Assembly: GCA_037379345.1 (NCBI GenBank)
Contig: CM074524.1
Location: 24,982,750 to 25,046,749 of the forward strand
Source: Perna viridis
Lineage: Eukaryota
Direction: 5' to 3'
Length of the DNA stretch: 64,000 nt
In this document: piece by piece, positions 1 through 11,385 of the stretch
How the letters are laid out: each line of letters starts with the position of its first letter
How positions within the stretch are numbered: position 1 is the stretch's first letter
Program-made: the position numbers and the translations under genes
The notes under the pieces: generated by a model
Database searches by the model: none
Seen by the model: the letters and a program-made list of their open reading frames with translations, nothing else
What the model was told of the DNA's origin: nothing

Positions 1-928
1 TTTTAGGACTTTTAACGGATATCCTTGTGAAGATTTTCATCATCCATTGTAGAAGTTATCTTCTACTTATCACGGTCTTACCACTATGGTCAACATGGTC
101 CCCCAAACTCATTAATCAGGATATCATTATCAAACTTGGTGAAAATGTAGATGTTATCATGATCTATTTAAAAATGACCCTGCTAAGGATTTCATTATCA
201 TCTTTAAGAGTTATGTCCCCTTAAAACAATTTCTTTTAATTGCTCATATCTAGAAAATCATAATAGATAGAATCAATCTAAAAACTGTTTCATGTACACA
301 AAAAGAAGACCTAATGAATAAACATAAACATGTATTTTATTATCAAACCATACAGGAGTTATATCCCTTGAAATATCATACTTAAGTTTTTCAAATTTAT
401 ATTTCGAGAACCAAAGTTGTAGAAACATGGGACCTTCATCAATGATCTTTGATCCATGTAACCTTCCATTTGCATCCAAGGTCAAAGGTCATAGAGTGCT
501 AGAAAGCTTTCTCACTGCAAACTGCAGGCCTTGATATTAAGAAAACGATAAGAGATAAGTGCATACATACAGCATATGAAATGACCTTCTTGATAATCCA
601 TTCATTTTGAGACCAAATTTACACCTGTTAGACCGTCTGTTCAAAAGTTAGGAAAATTTTAATGTTTTGCATAATCCGGTTTGTGACCTTGACATCATTG
701 TATTACCTTGACCTTGTTAGTTTTATCAAGGTCAGGTAATCTTATGACGTATGGTGGTAGTTTCATGTCTCTACGATTTCTGGTTCTGGAGTTTGTTATT
801 GCATCGTATTTAAATAATCAGTGTGCTCAAAATGAGCTCTGCAATTGCCCAAATTATTTTGTAATTTTGTTGCATATGTTCTGTAGGTTATCATTCTTTT
901 TTCAGATTTGAGACATCTTGTCTTGTTT
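1..928. repeat. Degenerate Helentron/satellite-core-like interspersed repeat (truncated by the window edge)
   Basis: Recurrent gagttat(g/a)tcccct, aggtcaaaggtca and gtgaccttgac motifs shared with the HINE cores. Confidence 0.45.
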
Positions 929-3900
929 TGGATCAGAGCGAGGGTATATATTTTTAAATCCACAATAGACACACAAATGATCAGTACATAGAAAGATCTG
1001 CTCAAGTACAACTGTTTGACACAATACCAAGGACCAATATAGAAAACCAATGATACTACAACAACTTAAAATTTTCATATTTTCCGATGGTTTGATATAT
1101 TTCATCAATACCTATTTACTTATTCTGGGCTGAAGGACTTACTGTAACACTTAGCATCCATCAAAAAAACAAAAGAGAAATGCAAAATATTTTCATACAC
1201 CTTTTTGCCTCAAAATCACCAACTTTTACACAGGCAAAATAAAACAAAGGCTGAAGTCTTCATAGTTGCTAATCATAAAATTTTCTTGGTCACTGATTTT
1301 GGCTTATTTTGAACATCAGAAAAGGCACAAATGCATTATGCTAAAAAATCGGAAACTGGGTAATATTACATAAATTCATTGCTAACCAATCATTTCATCC
1401 TTTAATGTAAACTTCCAAAAAAAACAAAAAAAACACACATAGACATGTGTATGAATATACGCTGTAGCGATATCTTTAGGTCGCTTATGATGTTGACCAG
1501 AGAACCAGATTAAGAACCAGATTAAACAACTGGCAATAATTATTCATAGATATCAGGGCCCTGCTATTGTATATGACTTATATAGTCTTTTAACAAGCCT
1601 CTGCCTGAATCGGAAACTGGGTAATGTTCAATGCCAATCGACCATTTCATGTACGCTTCCCGTTCTCATACAAGCAAGAAACACACTTAGAACACAGTTT
1701 TATATTTAAGAGGTACATTTTTATCTCGTATGAAGCTAGAACTATGACGCTGTGGCAGTAAATACTGCTAAGATCTGCAGCATTATGTGGCATATGGTAA
1801 CTATATATTTATGCAAATCATATGCGAATATTAAGTACTGAAATTACAAGTGCAAGAAGTCGTTAATATTGTTAAAAAACAGTATAAAAGGTGATCACAA
1901 TGTATTTAAAAGGCCAGTAATATTAGAATCTCTTAAGATATACCAATTAGTACAACTATTAAACACTTATCAAACTCAGTAAATTCATGAATTATAGAAG
2001 TCATTTATCCCAATGACTTTAATTGACTTTGAGAATATTGCAGGCTAGCCTAAACATTAGGTAACATGTCGAGCACACCCTTTTTAATACCTTTGTTATA
2101 AACAAAAAAGTAAAGACCAAGGAATGTGATATAATTACTAAACATTCATCAAGGACTCAACACAGGTCACATTTCCATAAAGTGCTTTAGAAACCATCAA
2201 GATATAGTTAATGATAAGGCATGAAGAAGTGGGAGAGATTTATTCTGAGAAATTTAATCCACACCAGACAAATAACAATCATTAGCTTCCAATTAACAGC
2301 CTTTTATTACCATCTTCATGGAATCTGGACTGAAATTCTAGACTATTGTTTCTGTAACTTGTCCTTCATTGAAAATAATCCTGAAAGATTTATGTCTAAA
2401 TCTGCTCATAGCTGATCTATAAAGGTAAGGTATGGAACTTAGTCTCAAGGGTACACATATGTACAAAAATGTAGACTGAGAGATGTTTCCCAATCAGTAT
2501 AACTGTTAACAAAATTCAATTTACAGACCAAGATATTGAGCTTGAGATCAAATTTAAGTAAACTAGTGGGGTACCTGTTTGAAATTTCAGAGATAATGAA
2601 TATATCAGTATCTGAAGACTGATGTTGAACCATCAGCATTCATGATGTCAATACAATTTTTACTGCTTATGCTTTATGTGTTACATCTTGTCTTCCCTAT
2701 ATTGTTTTATTATGTTATCTATTTTATTCTGTTTTGCTACATTGTGTTTGTAGATTGATTTTGTTTCCTATTTTTTTTTCATTCTGGCCATGTACTTAGA
2801 TTTATTGTATTTCAATTATTCCATTGTCTTTCTTCTGTATTTTCTGGCCGATATTAATCTTAATGAAAACATTTTCCTGTAGACAACCACTATTTTTTTA
2901 AGGGAGGGGGTGTATAGAGTATAACACTTTGATTCCATTGCACCTTTTTTCATTTCCATTTTAAGAGATTAGTTTAAATCCATTTTTCCAACATTTTTAA
3001 GAAAAATAACTGTATCTTCAATGGTTAACCAGAAGAAAAAAGAACAAGCTATACCTAAACCATAAACTAACATTATATCCTAAACTCATAATTCCCTACT
3101 TCACAAGGATAACCCTATAAACAACATTATATTTGATTAACTCCAATAAAAAATGTCAAGCTTGTAGACTTTATCAATATCAATATGAATAATTATAACC
3201 CTGAATAGGAAAGAGTCATATTTCACCATTTTCTATCTATTTCATGTTTTTTCAATAGATTAATAATAATGACTATTTTATTTATGTCACTTAGTACTAG
3301 AGGCAGAAATAAATGGGCACAGGTCTTAGTTCAAATCAGATTTTTCCAAATTAAATTATTCCAACCAAACTTAACTTATGAAATTGGAGAAATCTTGTAA
3401 CCCATAAGTCAAAATGTGTAACACTGTTTCTCTACTTTTCATTAGCTTCAAAATCTAAATATTTAGTAATCCATAAGGGCTGTTCTGGTAGAACATATGG
3501 GGACAGGGGAAGGCACTTCTATTTTTTGTATATGAGTGGGTGTTCAGATCTATTGACAAAATATAAAGTTTAATACAAAATATCAATAGAACTACTATGG
3601 TTGCTCCCCTGATGAAAAAGTGCCTTCCTTGGATACACTGAAATATTCTTCCATGTATGATTTTTACCACTTAATTGGAAAGAACTGCTGAATATAATTG
3701 AATAAAGCCTGCCAAATATTGTTTTTAACAGCCATGAAAAACCAAGTCTTTTTCAATATCAAAGAAACTGAATTAGAAGCCAATACATATAATTGCCCTA
3801 TTTACAAACATTATTCATGCATCTAACATTTCTTTGCAGCAGCCAATAAATTATCTCACTTCCTGTTCGATTTTTTGATAATTTGGCATGGACGTAGGAA

Positions 3901-4802
3901 ATGACTTGACTGGAATCAAGAATAACTACAGCTCATCTTTCAAAACATTTCAATTATCAGTAATTTCTTCCATTTCAAAACATAAACAGCTTTAATCAAT
4001 GTGTTTGGTCTATAATTCATACGTAGTAACAAATTCTGTTTTGAAAAACATGTTAACATGTAATAAAAAATTTTAGCAAAACTTTTTCAGAACAATTTAA
4101 TTTGACTGTGAACAAGCTTTATAATTGGTGGTACTCTTTGAGCAAACCAAGCTATTTTGTATAACCTAGCTGGTACTATGATATCATTAACCTTAATTGG
4201 TCCACACTCCACTAGTAAAATAATCCCAAACAAAACAAAATGTTGATTAGGAATTATTTATACATACATTAGAAATCAAATGAGAAGGAATGTTTATAAT
4301 TTTTGAACAGGTTATCAGAAATAACCAGGTTTATGGCAGTTTTCACTTATAAATAAAATCTAGAACTGTCCTAAAGGAGGCTATAAAAATCACCTACTTG
4401 AACATAAGTCATGCCAAAGGTCATATTACTCTCACATATTAGAAAACAAGAAAAAAGTTGAAAATTTAGCAAGTGATAGAAAGGAGTTGTGAACAATGTA
4501 AGGTAATACAGCAAGCTTTAAATGACTCCTCTTTAGCAAATTTCACAAAACCTATTCCAAACAACAGACACATCTCCCTACAATTATCTAACGCAGCATG
4601 AAGTTTAAGGAGATTCCAGCCAGTAATAAAGAGGAAGTTGGAGAAAACATTATGTTCCAAAGAAAGGTGAAAAATGTTTGAGTCCACACCAAACATTCCA
4701 AACAATACTGGTATGTACAACTCCCCTAGCTTCAGAAATAGAAGTTGAACAGCAAATCTGTTCTTAATATTTTGTCAGTCACACATGTCACCAGGTATTC
4801 GG

Positions 4803-5078
4803 TCTAATATAGTTATCTTATGTGTTGTGTGTGTCTGGTTTGTGGTGTCATGTTCATAGAGTTTGTTTAACCATTTCATTCATGCATATTATTCATATAA
4901 TCATTCATGGTCGTAAATCATATATATCTGGACAAGACTATCGTACTGGAGACCTTTTCATTCATGGACAGATATACGGAACGGACTATACTATACTATA
5001 TATGACAGTTATTTACTAAGTTTATGCTTCGCGCGTTTAACTTGTTGCATTATTACGTGCACGGCATGCTTGCACTAG
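4803..5078 (+). mobile_element. Probable short non-autonomous Helitron
   Basis: The 3' end cgtgc-acg-gcatg hairpin is followed by CTAG|T (5075-5078). Candidate 5' TCTAATATA at 4803 is preceded by G rather than A, so the 5' boundary is uncertain. Confidence 0.45.
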
Positions 5079-5589
5079 TATATATACTATTTAAAGAAAT
5101 ATTACTACTAAATTATGTTTAGTCCAGATTCAGTGTCACAAATATGTATTTTGGTTAATGCCGCTACTTTTCAGGTATCGTTAATATTTTTAAAGTATTT
5201 TCAAAAGTATTTATTTATTCTCATTTAAAGATAAATTACTAGCTATGTAGAAATTATTATTCTAATTCATGATATTTTATAGTAATTCGAATAAAGTTTT
5301 ATTAGTAACATTTTAGATAAATTTAGGGATAATTTCACACGAAGTAAAGTTAGATAAAGCTTGTACATTTTATAATAGAAAGTTTAGTAAAGTACATTTA
5401 TACTTTTGAATCGAAGTTCTGAATATTTTGAGCATAGATTTCAGGTTTTGTTCCTGGAGAAAATATAGTATGTTATACTTAGATCTATGAGTTATGAATT
5501 GTATTTATTTACAATTGATGATTATTGTTTTTCAGAATTTAATAAAATATTAAAAGTTGGACAGCTCATTTTCTTATAGCAGTGGCCAT

Positions 5590-5769
5590 ATTTTATATAT
5601 ATTGGTGAAATAAACTTACCATAAAATATACATATTTTATATTGAATATATTCCTCCTTTTTGTATGTTCCCATCGCAAAAAAGGTGAAGGTCAAAAGTA
5701 TCACACATGATACGTACTCACCATTGGATTACCTATGTACAGGTCAGCTCAATTTAAATTTTTGCGTCC
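5590..5769 (+). repeat. DIRS left ITR
   Basis: Reverse complement of 10842-11005 with few mismatches. Its first ~59 nt are complementary to ICR 10669-10727. Confidence 0.93.
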
Positions 5770-5893
5770 TTTTGGACGGATGTTTCCATAAAATTTAATT
5801 TATTTAGTTCAGTAGTAGTTTGTCTTTAAGGGACATTGTTTTATACGTGCATAGTTTTTTGTCTTTAAGTTTAAGTGACTTTTAGTCGTTACG

Positions 5894-7582
5894 ATGGAAG
5901 AATCAGACGCTCAAAGCCAAAGCTCTGAGTTTATTTATACGGAAGACTCTCCCGTACGCGCGGGAAGTTCGAAAGGTGCTAATTCGAACAGTTCAAGAAC
6001 TTCTGGAATGGATAAGTCTGTATCCACACAGAAAGGTATAAAGTCTAAACGAGTTTCTAAAACTGTGATTTTGCAGCAAGAATACGAACAGAAGTTTAAA
6101 TCACTTGAGGAAAGCATGAACAATAAATTTGATCAGTTGTTGCAGCTTTTTCAAGTAGAGAAAACAGGTAGTCAGAATAGGGAAAACACTGTTTTGCCCA
6201 GATCTGACTTGAATGTGGGAAACGTCCCTACAGGGGAGCATCGGCCACTAGATGCAGGTGTTGAGGGTAACGACTCTGTTTCAGGGGTGCGTAGGCCTAT
6301 TATAGCTCTAGAACCTAATTTAGATGAAGATTTAGGGTCACCAAGAGTTATTGCTAGAGATGATTTAGACATCAGGTCTGAAATTTCTTTACATGTTAAT
6401 GGAGAAGAACGTGATTTTTTAAATGTACGTTCAGATCCTGAAAGTGACACGGGTGATAGTATAGCTCTGGTAGAAAAGGTGTCAGAGAATTACCGAAAGT
6501 CAGATCGGTTTACAAAACATGTGGTTATGAATTCAGAAGAACAGGTAGTTAGTGCTGAGATTGGTAATAGTTTGTCAGAGAAATCTAACAAGGTTGATGT
6601 TTTATCTAAAATCTTTAAAGAAGATGTAAATAAAGCGAAAGCAAGAAGTGGGCTGATTTTAGATCAGGCCCAGATTGACATTTTGTCAGATTCCTGGCGT
6701 AGTTCGTACCCAGATAGAATTTCGGCATACAAGGAAGAATACAAAAACTGTTTTCCTATAAATGATAATTCGGTAGAATTTTTACAGGTACCTACTTTGG
6801 ATGACCTTATGGAGGTAATGCTTAAACAAACACATGGTTTGAAAGCAGTAAAAGGTTGGGATACTCGTCGTCAGTTATTTTCACAACCGTATAAACAGAT
6901 TGAGAAGTTAGGTTTTCAAGGGCAGTTAGGAGCTCGAATGAATATAATTTCTCTGCTATACATACAGCAAGCTTTAGGTTCTCTAGCTCAATCTGTAGAA
7001 AGTGGCAATTTTGACAAACACAGTCTTGGTGAGAATATTAAGGACATTTTTGCAATGTCAACAAAATCCTTAGATCAGGCTGGGCGTGCTGGTGCATTTT
7101 TCCACCTTATTCGTAGGAAAGCAGCAGCACAAGACACAGGTCTTGTGAAACTTAGTGATCTGCGCTCAAAATGTCAATATTTACCTCTGACAGAAGAGGG
7201 CTTGTTCGGAAAGGCTTTAGAGTCATGTCTTGAGAAATGAAAGGAACAGAATGACCAATTGAAGGATTGGTTGCCTGAATATTGTTCAGATAAAAATAAG
7301 AAAAGGAAATCCTTTGATTATGACAATGATTATTCTGCCAAAAAGGTAAAACGTCAGGTATCAGAAGGGACAAAGAATGTTGGCAATAAAGGAAATCCTA
7401 AGTTTCCTAATAATAACTTTTCTTCTTCTGGTTTCTCTAAAAACAGAAAGCAGAGTAGTACAGCAACCAAGGAGAAGAATTTCTTTACTGGAGGTGCTCC
7501 TAAAAGAGATGCAAAAGGGGGAAAAGGACCTTCACAGTCTTCCTGGGGTTCCTTTCGGAACCCCAAGAGGAATGATAGTTGA
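5894..7582 (+). pseudogene. DIRS ORF1 (gag-like), one in-frame premature TGA at 7238-7240
   Basis: ORFs 5894-7240 and 7259-7582 are in the same frame (LEK*KEQNDQLKDWLPE). First-ORF position, ...LPL.EEGLFG... motif and basic C-terminus are typical of DIRS gag. Confidence 0.8.
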
Positions 7583-7602
7583 CTCACAAGTAAGTTTTTT
7601 AA

Positions 7603-9628
7603 TGTGTCCAGAGATTCCAGATTCCAGTGGGGGGACGGTTGACACATTTTCTTCAAAATTGGAAACAAATAACATCAGATCAGTGGGTTATTTCCATAAT
7701 AGAAATGGGGTACAAGCTAGAATTTCTCCACAAACCTCCGTTTACGGGGATAAAGAGAACTTCAGTAGCCCAAGAAAATCTTCCTATATTTTTGAAGGAA
7801 ATAGACATTTTAAGGGAAAAAAACGTTATAGAACAAATTCATTACCCACAATGTCTGGGAGGTTTTTACAGTACCTTATTTCTAATCCCCAAAAAGAATG
7901 GGAAACTCAGGATGGTAACAAATTTAAAACCGTTAAACACTTATCTAAAAAAGATCCATTTCAAGATGGATACTATGAGAAAAGTGATAAACTTAGTGAA
8001 ACGAGAAGATTGGGCAATATCTCTAGATCTATCCGATGCATATCTTCATGTACCAATACTTCTAAGTCACAGAAGGTTCATGAGGTTTTGTATTCAGAAT
8101 CAGTGTTACCAATGGAAAGCCATGTGTTTCGGTCCAACATGCACTCCAAGAATTTTTACAAAGTTAGTGACTGTAGTAGCAGCTTATCTAAGAGCTCAGA
8201 ATGTCAGATTAGTGGTTTATCTGGACAATTGGTTGATTGTAAACCAAGACAAAAATCTATTACAGAAAGATCGTCAAACATGCCTCAACCTTCTAGTTTC
8301 ACTGGGTTTCATCATAAACAAAGAGAAATCCAGTTTGATACCCAGTCAAAAAGTCATTTATCTGGGGGGTTATTTTCGTCTAGACAAAGGGCTAGTGTTT
8401 CCAACTTTGGAGAGAATACAAAAGCTTCAAACTTTGATTCAGAAAATGTTTTCAATGAAAACAACTGCTCTAGATTTTCTTCGAATTCTAGGGATAATGG
8501 CTTCATGTGTGGAGTCTACACATGAGGCCAGTACAACTGCATCTGTTGAGTTTTTGGCGACCAACATGCAGGGATATGTCTGTAGAAATTCCATTTACTC
8601 CACATCTAAAATCCCATCTTATGTGGTGGACAAATTCAGTGAACACGCTGAAAGGCCAATCTTTAGTGTCTCCAACAAATTCTGTTATGGTCACAACAGA
8701 TGCTTCCAAAAGCGGTTTTGGGGGTTACATTGGCAGTCAAATTTTTTAGGGAGAATGGAATGCAATTCAGAAACTTTGGCATATCAACAATCTGGAAATG
8801 AAAGCAGTTTATTTCACGATTCAATATTTTCTGAATCAATTGAAGGGCAAATGTGTGTTGATCAGGAGCGACAACACCAGTGCTGTCCAATATATCAACA
8901 AACAAGGGGGAACAAAATCACCAGATCTTTGTTGTCTAACTTGGGAATTGTGGCAGTTAGCTTTACAGAACAATATGATCTTGAAAGCAACTCATATTGT
9001 GGGCAAAAAGAATGTACTAGCCGATCAATTAAGCAGAGTAAAGATACGCCATACAGAATGGATGTTGAACAAATTAGTAGTACAGAAAATTTTTCAACAT
9101 TGGGGGTTTCCCCTGATAGATCTTTTTCCATCAGGGCAAAACAAACAAACAACAGTTTTTTGCACATGGTATCCCCATCCAGAGGCTCTTGCTATGGATG
9201 CTCTGACAATTTCGTGGGAGAACATGTTTGTATATGCGTTTCCTCCGATTTGTCTAATTCCGAGGATATTAGAATATATGAGGCAGTTCAATTGCCAAAT
9301 TATTCTAATTGCCCCACAATGGCCAAGACGACATTGGTATCCGGAGGTTTTACAAATGCTAATTGCACCTCCAATCAGGTTACCAATTTGGGAGAATCTG
9401 TTAAGTCAACCCAAAACAGAAATTTATCATCCCAATGTTCAAATGTTGAGTCTAACAGCATGGTTCCTCTCAACAGAAACTTCAAGGCAGAAGGGTTTTC
9501 AGAGTCAGCTACAAACTTACTCAATGCGTCCTGGCGCAAAGGTACGCAACGAGATTATATTAAGAAATTCAAAAAGTTCCGTAGCTGGTGTGATCAACAA
9601 CAAATTGATCCCTATAATGCATCTCTGA
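7603..9628 (+). pseudogene. DIRS pol: reverse transcriptase + RNase H + DNA N6-adenine methyltransferase-like domain, disrupted
   Basis: RT motifs PVGGRL, GFYSTLFLIPKK, LDLSDAYLHVP, MCFG and YLDN (YxDD changed to YLDN at 8227). Frameshift near 8515. RNase H motifs TTDAS, HINNLE, RSDN and NVLADQLSR, with an in-frame TAG at 8747-8749. MT-like motifs IDLF, DAL, YAFPP and PQWP..WYP. Confidence 0.93.
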
Positions 9629-10442
9629 ATCAGATTGCTGATTTTCTAGTTCATCATTTTGATTCTGGGTTACAGTATAGAACCATTTCAGGGTACAGGT
9701 CAATATTGTCAGCTACTTTACCACCAATAGGTAATTTTCAAGTTGGTCAACATCCCTATATTTCTAGGCTTCTTAAGGGAGTTTTTCATTCTAGACCACC
9801 TAAAGTAAAACTTTTACCAGAATGGGATTTGGAATTGGTTCTTAAAGTGTTGGAAAATAGACCTTTTGAACCATTACATGAAGTTTCATTGAATTTCTTA
9901 CTTTCAAAACCATCTTCCTTATAGCCATCACTACTTTTAGAAGATGTAGCGATTTGCAAAGTTTAAGGATTGATAAAGAGTCTATGAAAATTCAGAAGAA
10001 GGGTATAACTTTTATTAGACATGGTTTGGTAAAACAGGATAGACAAAGTCATTTTGGTATGAAAATTTTTGTTCCACAATATTCTGATAGGATATTGTTA
10101 GATCCAAAAAGGTCAATTGTTCAATATTTGGAGAGAACAAAAAAGGGAAGACAAAAATTAGAACCAACTGAGAGGGTAAAATTGTTTCTGGCTATGAATG
10201 AGCCACATAAACCTGTCTCAGCAGTTACAATTTCTAAATGGATTGTAAGCACAATTAGGATGGCTTATGAAGACAAAACAGTACATGTCAAAGCTCATTC
10301 AACAAGGGCAATTGCTCCTTCTTGGGCATTATATAATGGTGCATCGACTAAATCGATTCTTGATGCAGCGGATTGGTCATCAGAATCGACTTTTGTCAAG
10401 TTTTATTTGAGAGATCTGGATCTCCAAAAAGTTATGCAATAA
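9470..10442 (+). pseudogene. DIRS tyrosine recombinase domain, 1-nt frameshift near 9899
   Basis: N-terminal part (SWRKGTQRDY...GYRSILS...HPYISRLLKG...EWDL) lies in the frame of ORF 7627. It continues as TFKTIFLIAITTFRRCSDLQSL in the frame of ORF 9954. Catalytic R (RRCSD), HSTR, W (ADW) and Y (FVKFY) are present. Start coordinate is approximate. Confidence 0.92.
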
Positions 10443-10668
10443 TTTGTTTCTGTAATTGTATTGTGTATAAGTTTTTGATTAGTGATACTGTGATGAGGCA
10501 GAGAATCTGAATATAATTTTTCTTATTTACAGGATGAGTCTTTGAGATCTTGTAAATAAGTGTATTTAGTTATGGTTGTTGGTGGAAGAATTTTATTTGT
10601 ATAGAAATTGATTACTGTAGAAAGAAATGTATCTGCCACCTAGTTAACACTGCTTTGAAGTCAGTGAG

Positions 10669-10790
10669 TATTCAATATAAAATATGTATATTTTATGGTA
10701 AGTATATTTCACCAATATATATAAAATGGATCCTTTTTGATCCTCAAAAACAAGATTTTATATATATTTATATGTGAAATATACTTACCA
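10669..10790 (+). repeat. DIRS internal complementary region (ICR)
   Basis: Left half pairs with the element 5' end (1 mismatch) and right half pairs with the 3' end. The halves overlap at AAAAT 10723-10727. Confidence 0.93.
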
Positions 10791-10841
10791 AGAGCCAACC
10801 ACCACCCCAAGGTTTTTCTTTCTAAGTTAATTATGGTATTT

Positions 10842-11056
10842 GGACGCCAAAAATTAACTGAGCTTACCTGTACATAGGTAATCCAATGGTGAGTACGTAT
10901 CATGTGTGATACTTTTGACCTTCACCTTTTTTGCGATGGGAACATACAAAAAGGAGGAATATATTCAATATAAAATATGTATATTTTATGGTAAGTATAT
11001 TTCACATATAAATATATATAAAATCTTGTTTTTGAGGATCAAAAAGGATCCATTTT
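10842..11056 (-). repeat. DIRS right ITR (10842-11005) plus 3' extension (11006-11056)
   Basis: Inverted copy of the left ITR, followed by atataaat...ggatccatttt. Positions 10989-11056 are the reverse complement of ICR 10723-10790. Confidence 0.93.
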
Positions 11057-11169
11057 TTAGACTAGTTTGTGGGGTGAATTACACAAGAAATTAAATTAGA
11101 AGGAATTTTTTCTAATTTTTGAACAGGTTATACTCAATAATTTGGCTTGAAATCCAATGTTCTAAAATT

Positions 11170-11385
11170 GACAATGGCTGACATGTTCAATAATTAACTA
11201 ACCAGTAATCAAGACAAATTTTAAGGGGATGCCCCAAAGATATTTGAGCTCAATTTTGGTCTGTGAGGTTTCAAAAAAACTTTGAAGTTCATAATGACAA
11301 CAGACAATGCTAACTCTGTTGCCACTAAAAGAGCCGAAGTGATTCTAATACCATACTTGGACCTTTGGTCTAGGTGAGGTAAAAA
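11170..11385 (+). mobile_element. Diverged 3' part of a pearl/CvA-like element
   Basis: aagtgattctaataccatacttggacctttggtctaggtgaggtaaaaa resembles the terminus at 62470-62513. Confidence 0.55.

Larger units (their letters stand above)
5590..11056 (+). mobile_element. Full-length DIRS1-like tyrosine-recombinase retrotransposon (~5.47 kb), disabled, antisense within a KIF13 intron
   Basis: Non-identical inverted terminal repeats, an ICR complementary to both termini, and the order gag-RT-RNase H-MT-YR. Both ends share ATTTT and there is no conventional TSD. Confidence 0.96.
5079..11065 (+). mobile_element. Probable second non-autonomous Helitron (5079-5594 + 11057-11065), split by the DIRS insertion
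   Basis: The start tatatactatttaaagaaata resembles Helitron TCTATACTA-type heads. Removing the DIRS restores tatagc-agtg-gccata (hairpin, 1 mismatch) + ttttttaga + CTAG|T. Confidence 0.4.

Noticed and set aside
4466-4720. Coding-looking purine-rich segment ending in gtatgt
   Set aside because: Stops occur in the plus frames and I recognise no homology on either strand.
5522-5704. Duplicated small ORF MILLTFTFFAMGTYKK (also 10906-11094)
   Set aside because: Chance translation of the two ITR copies.
7627-9924. 765-aa ORF as a genuine RT-recombinase fusion protein
   Set aside because: It is a chimera created by the ~8515 frameshift, joining the RT frame to the overlapping YR frame. The RNase H motifs continue in another frame.
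8798-10442. Prophage or bacterial contamination (Dam-like MTase plus integrase)
   Set aside because: Both domains are standard DIRS components and lie inside the ITR/ICR structure.
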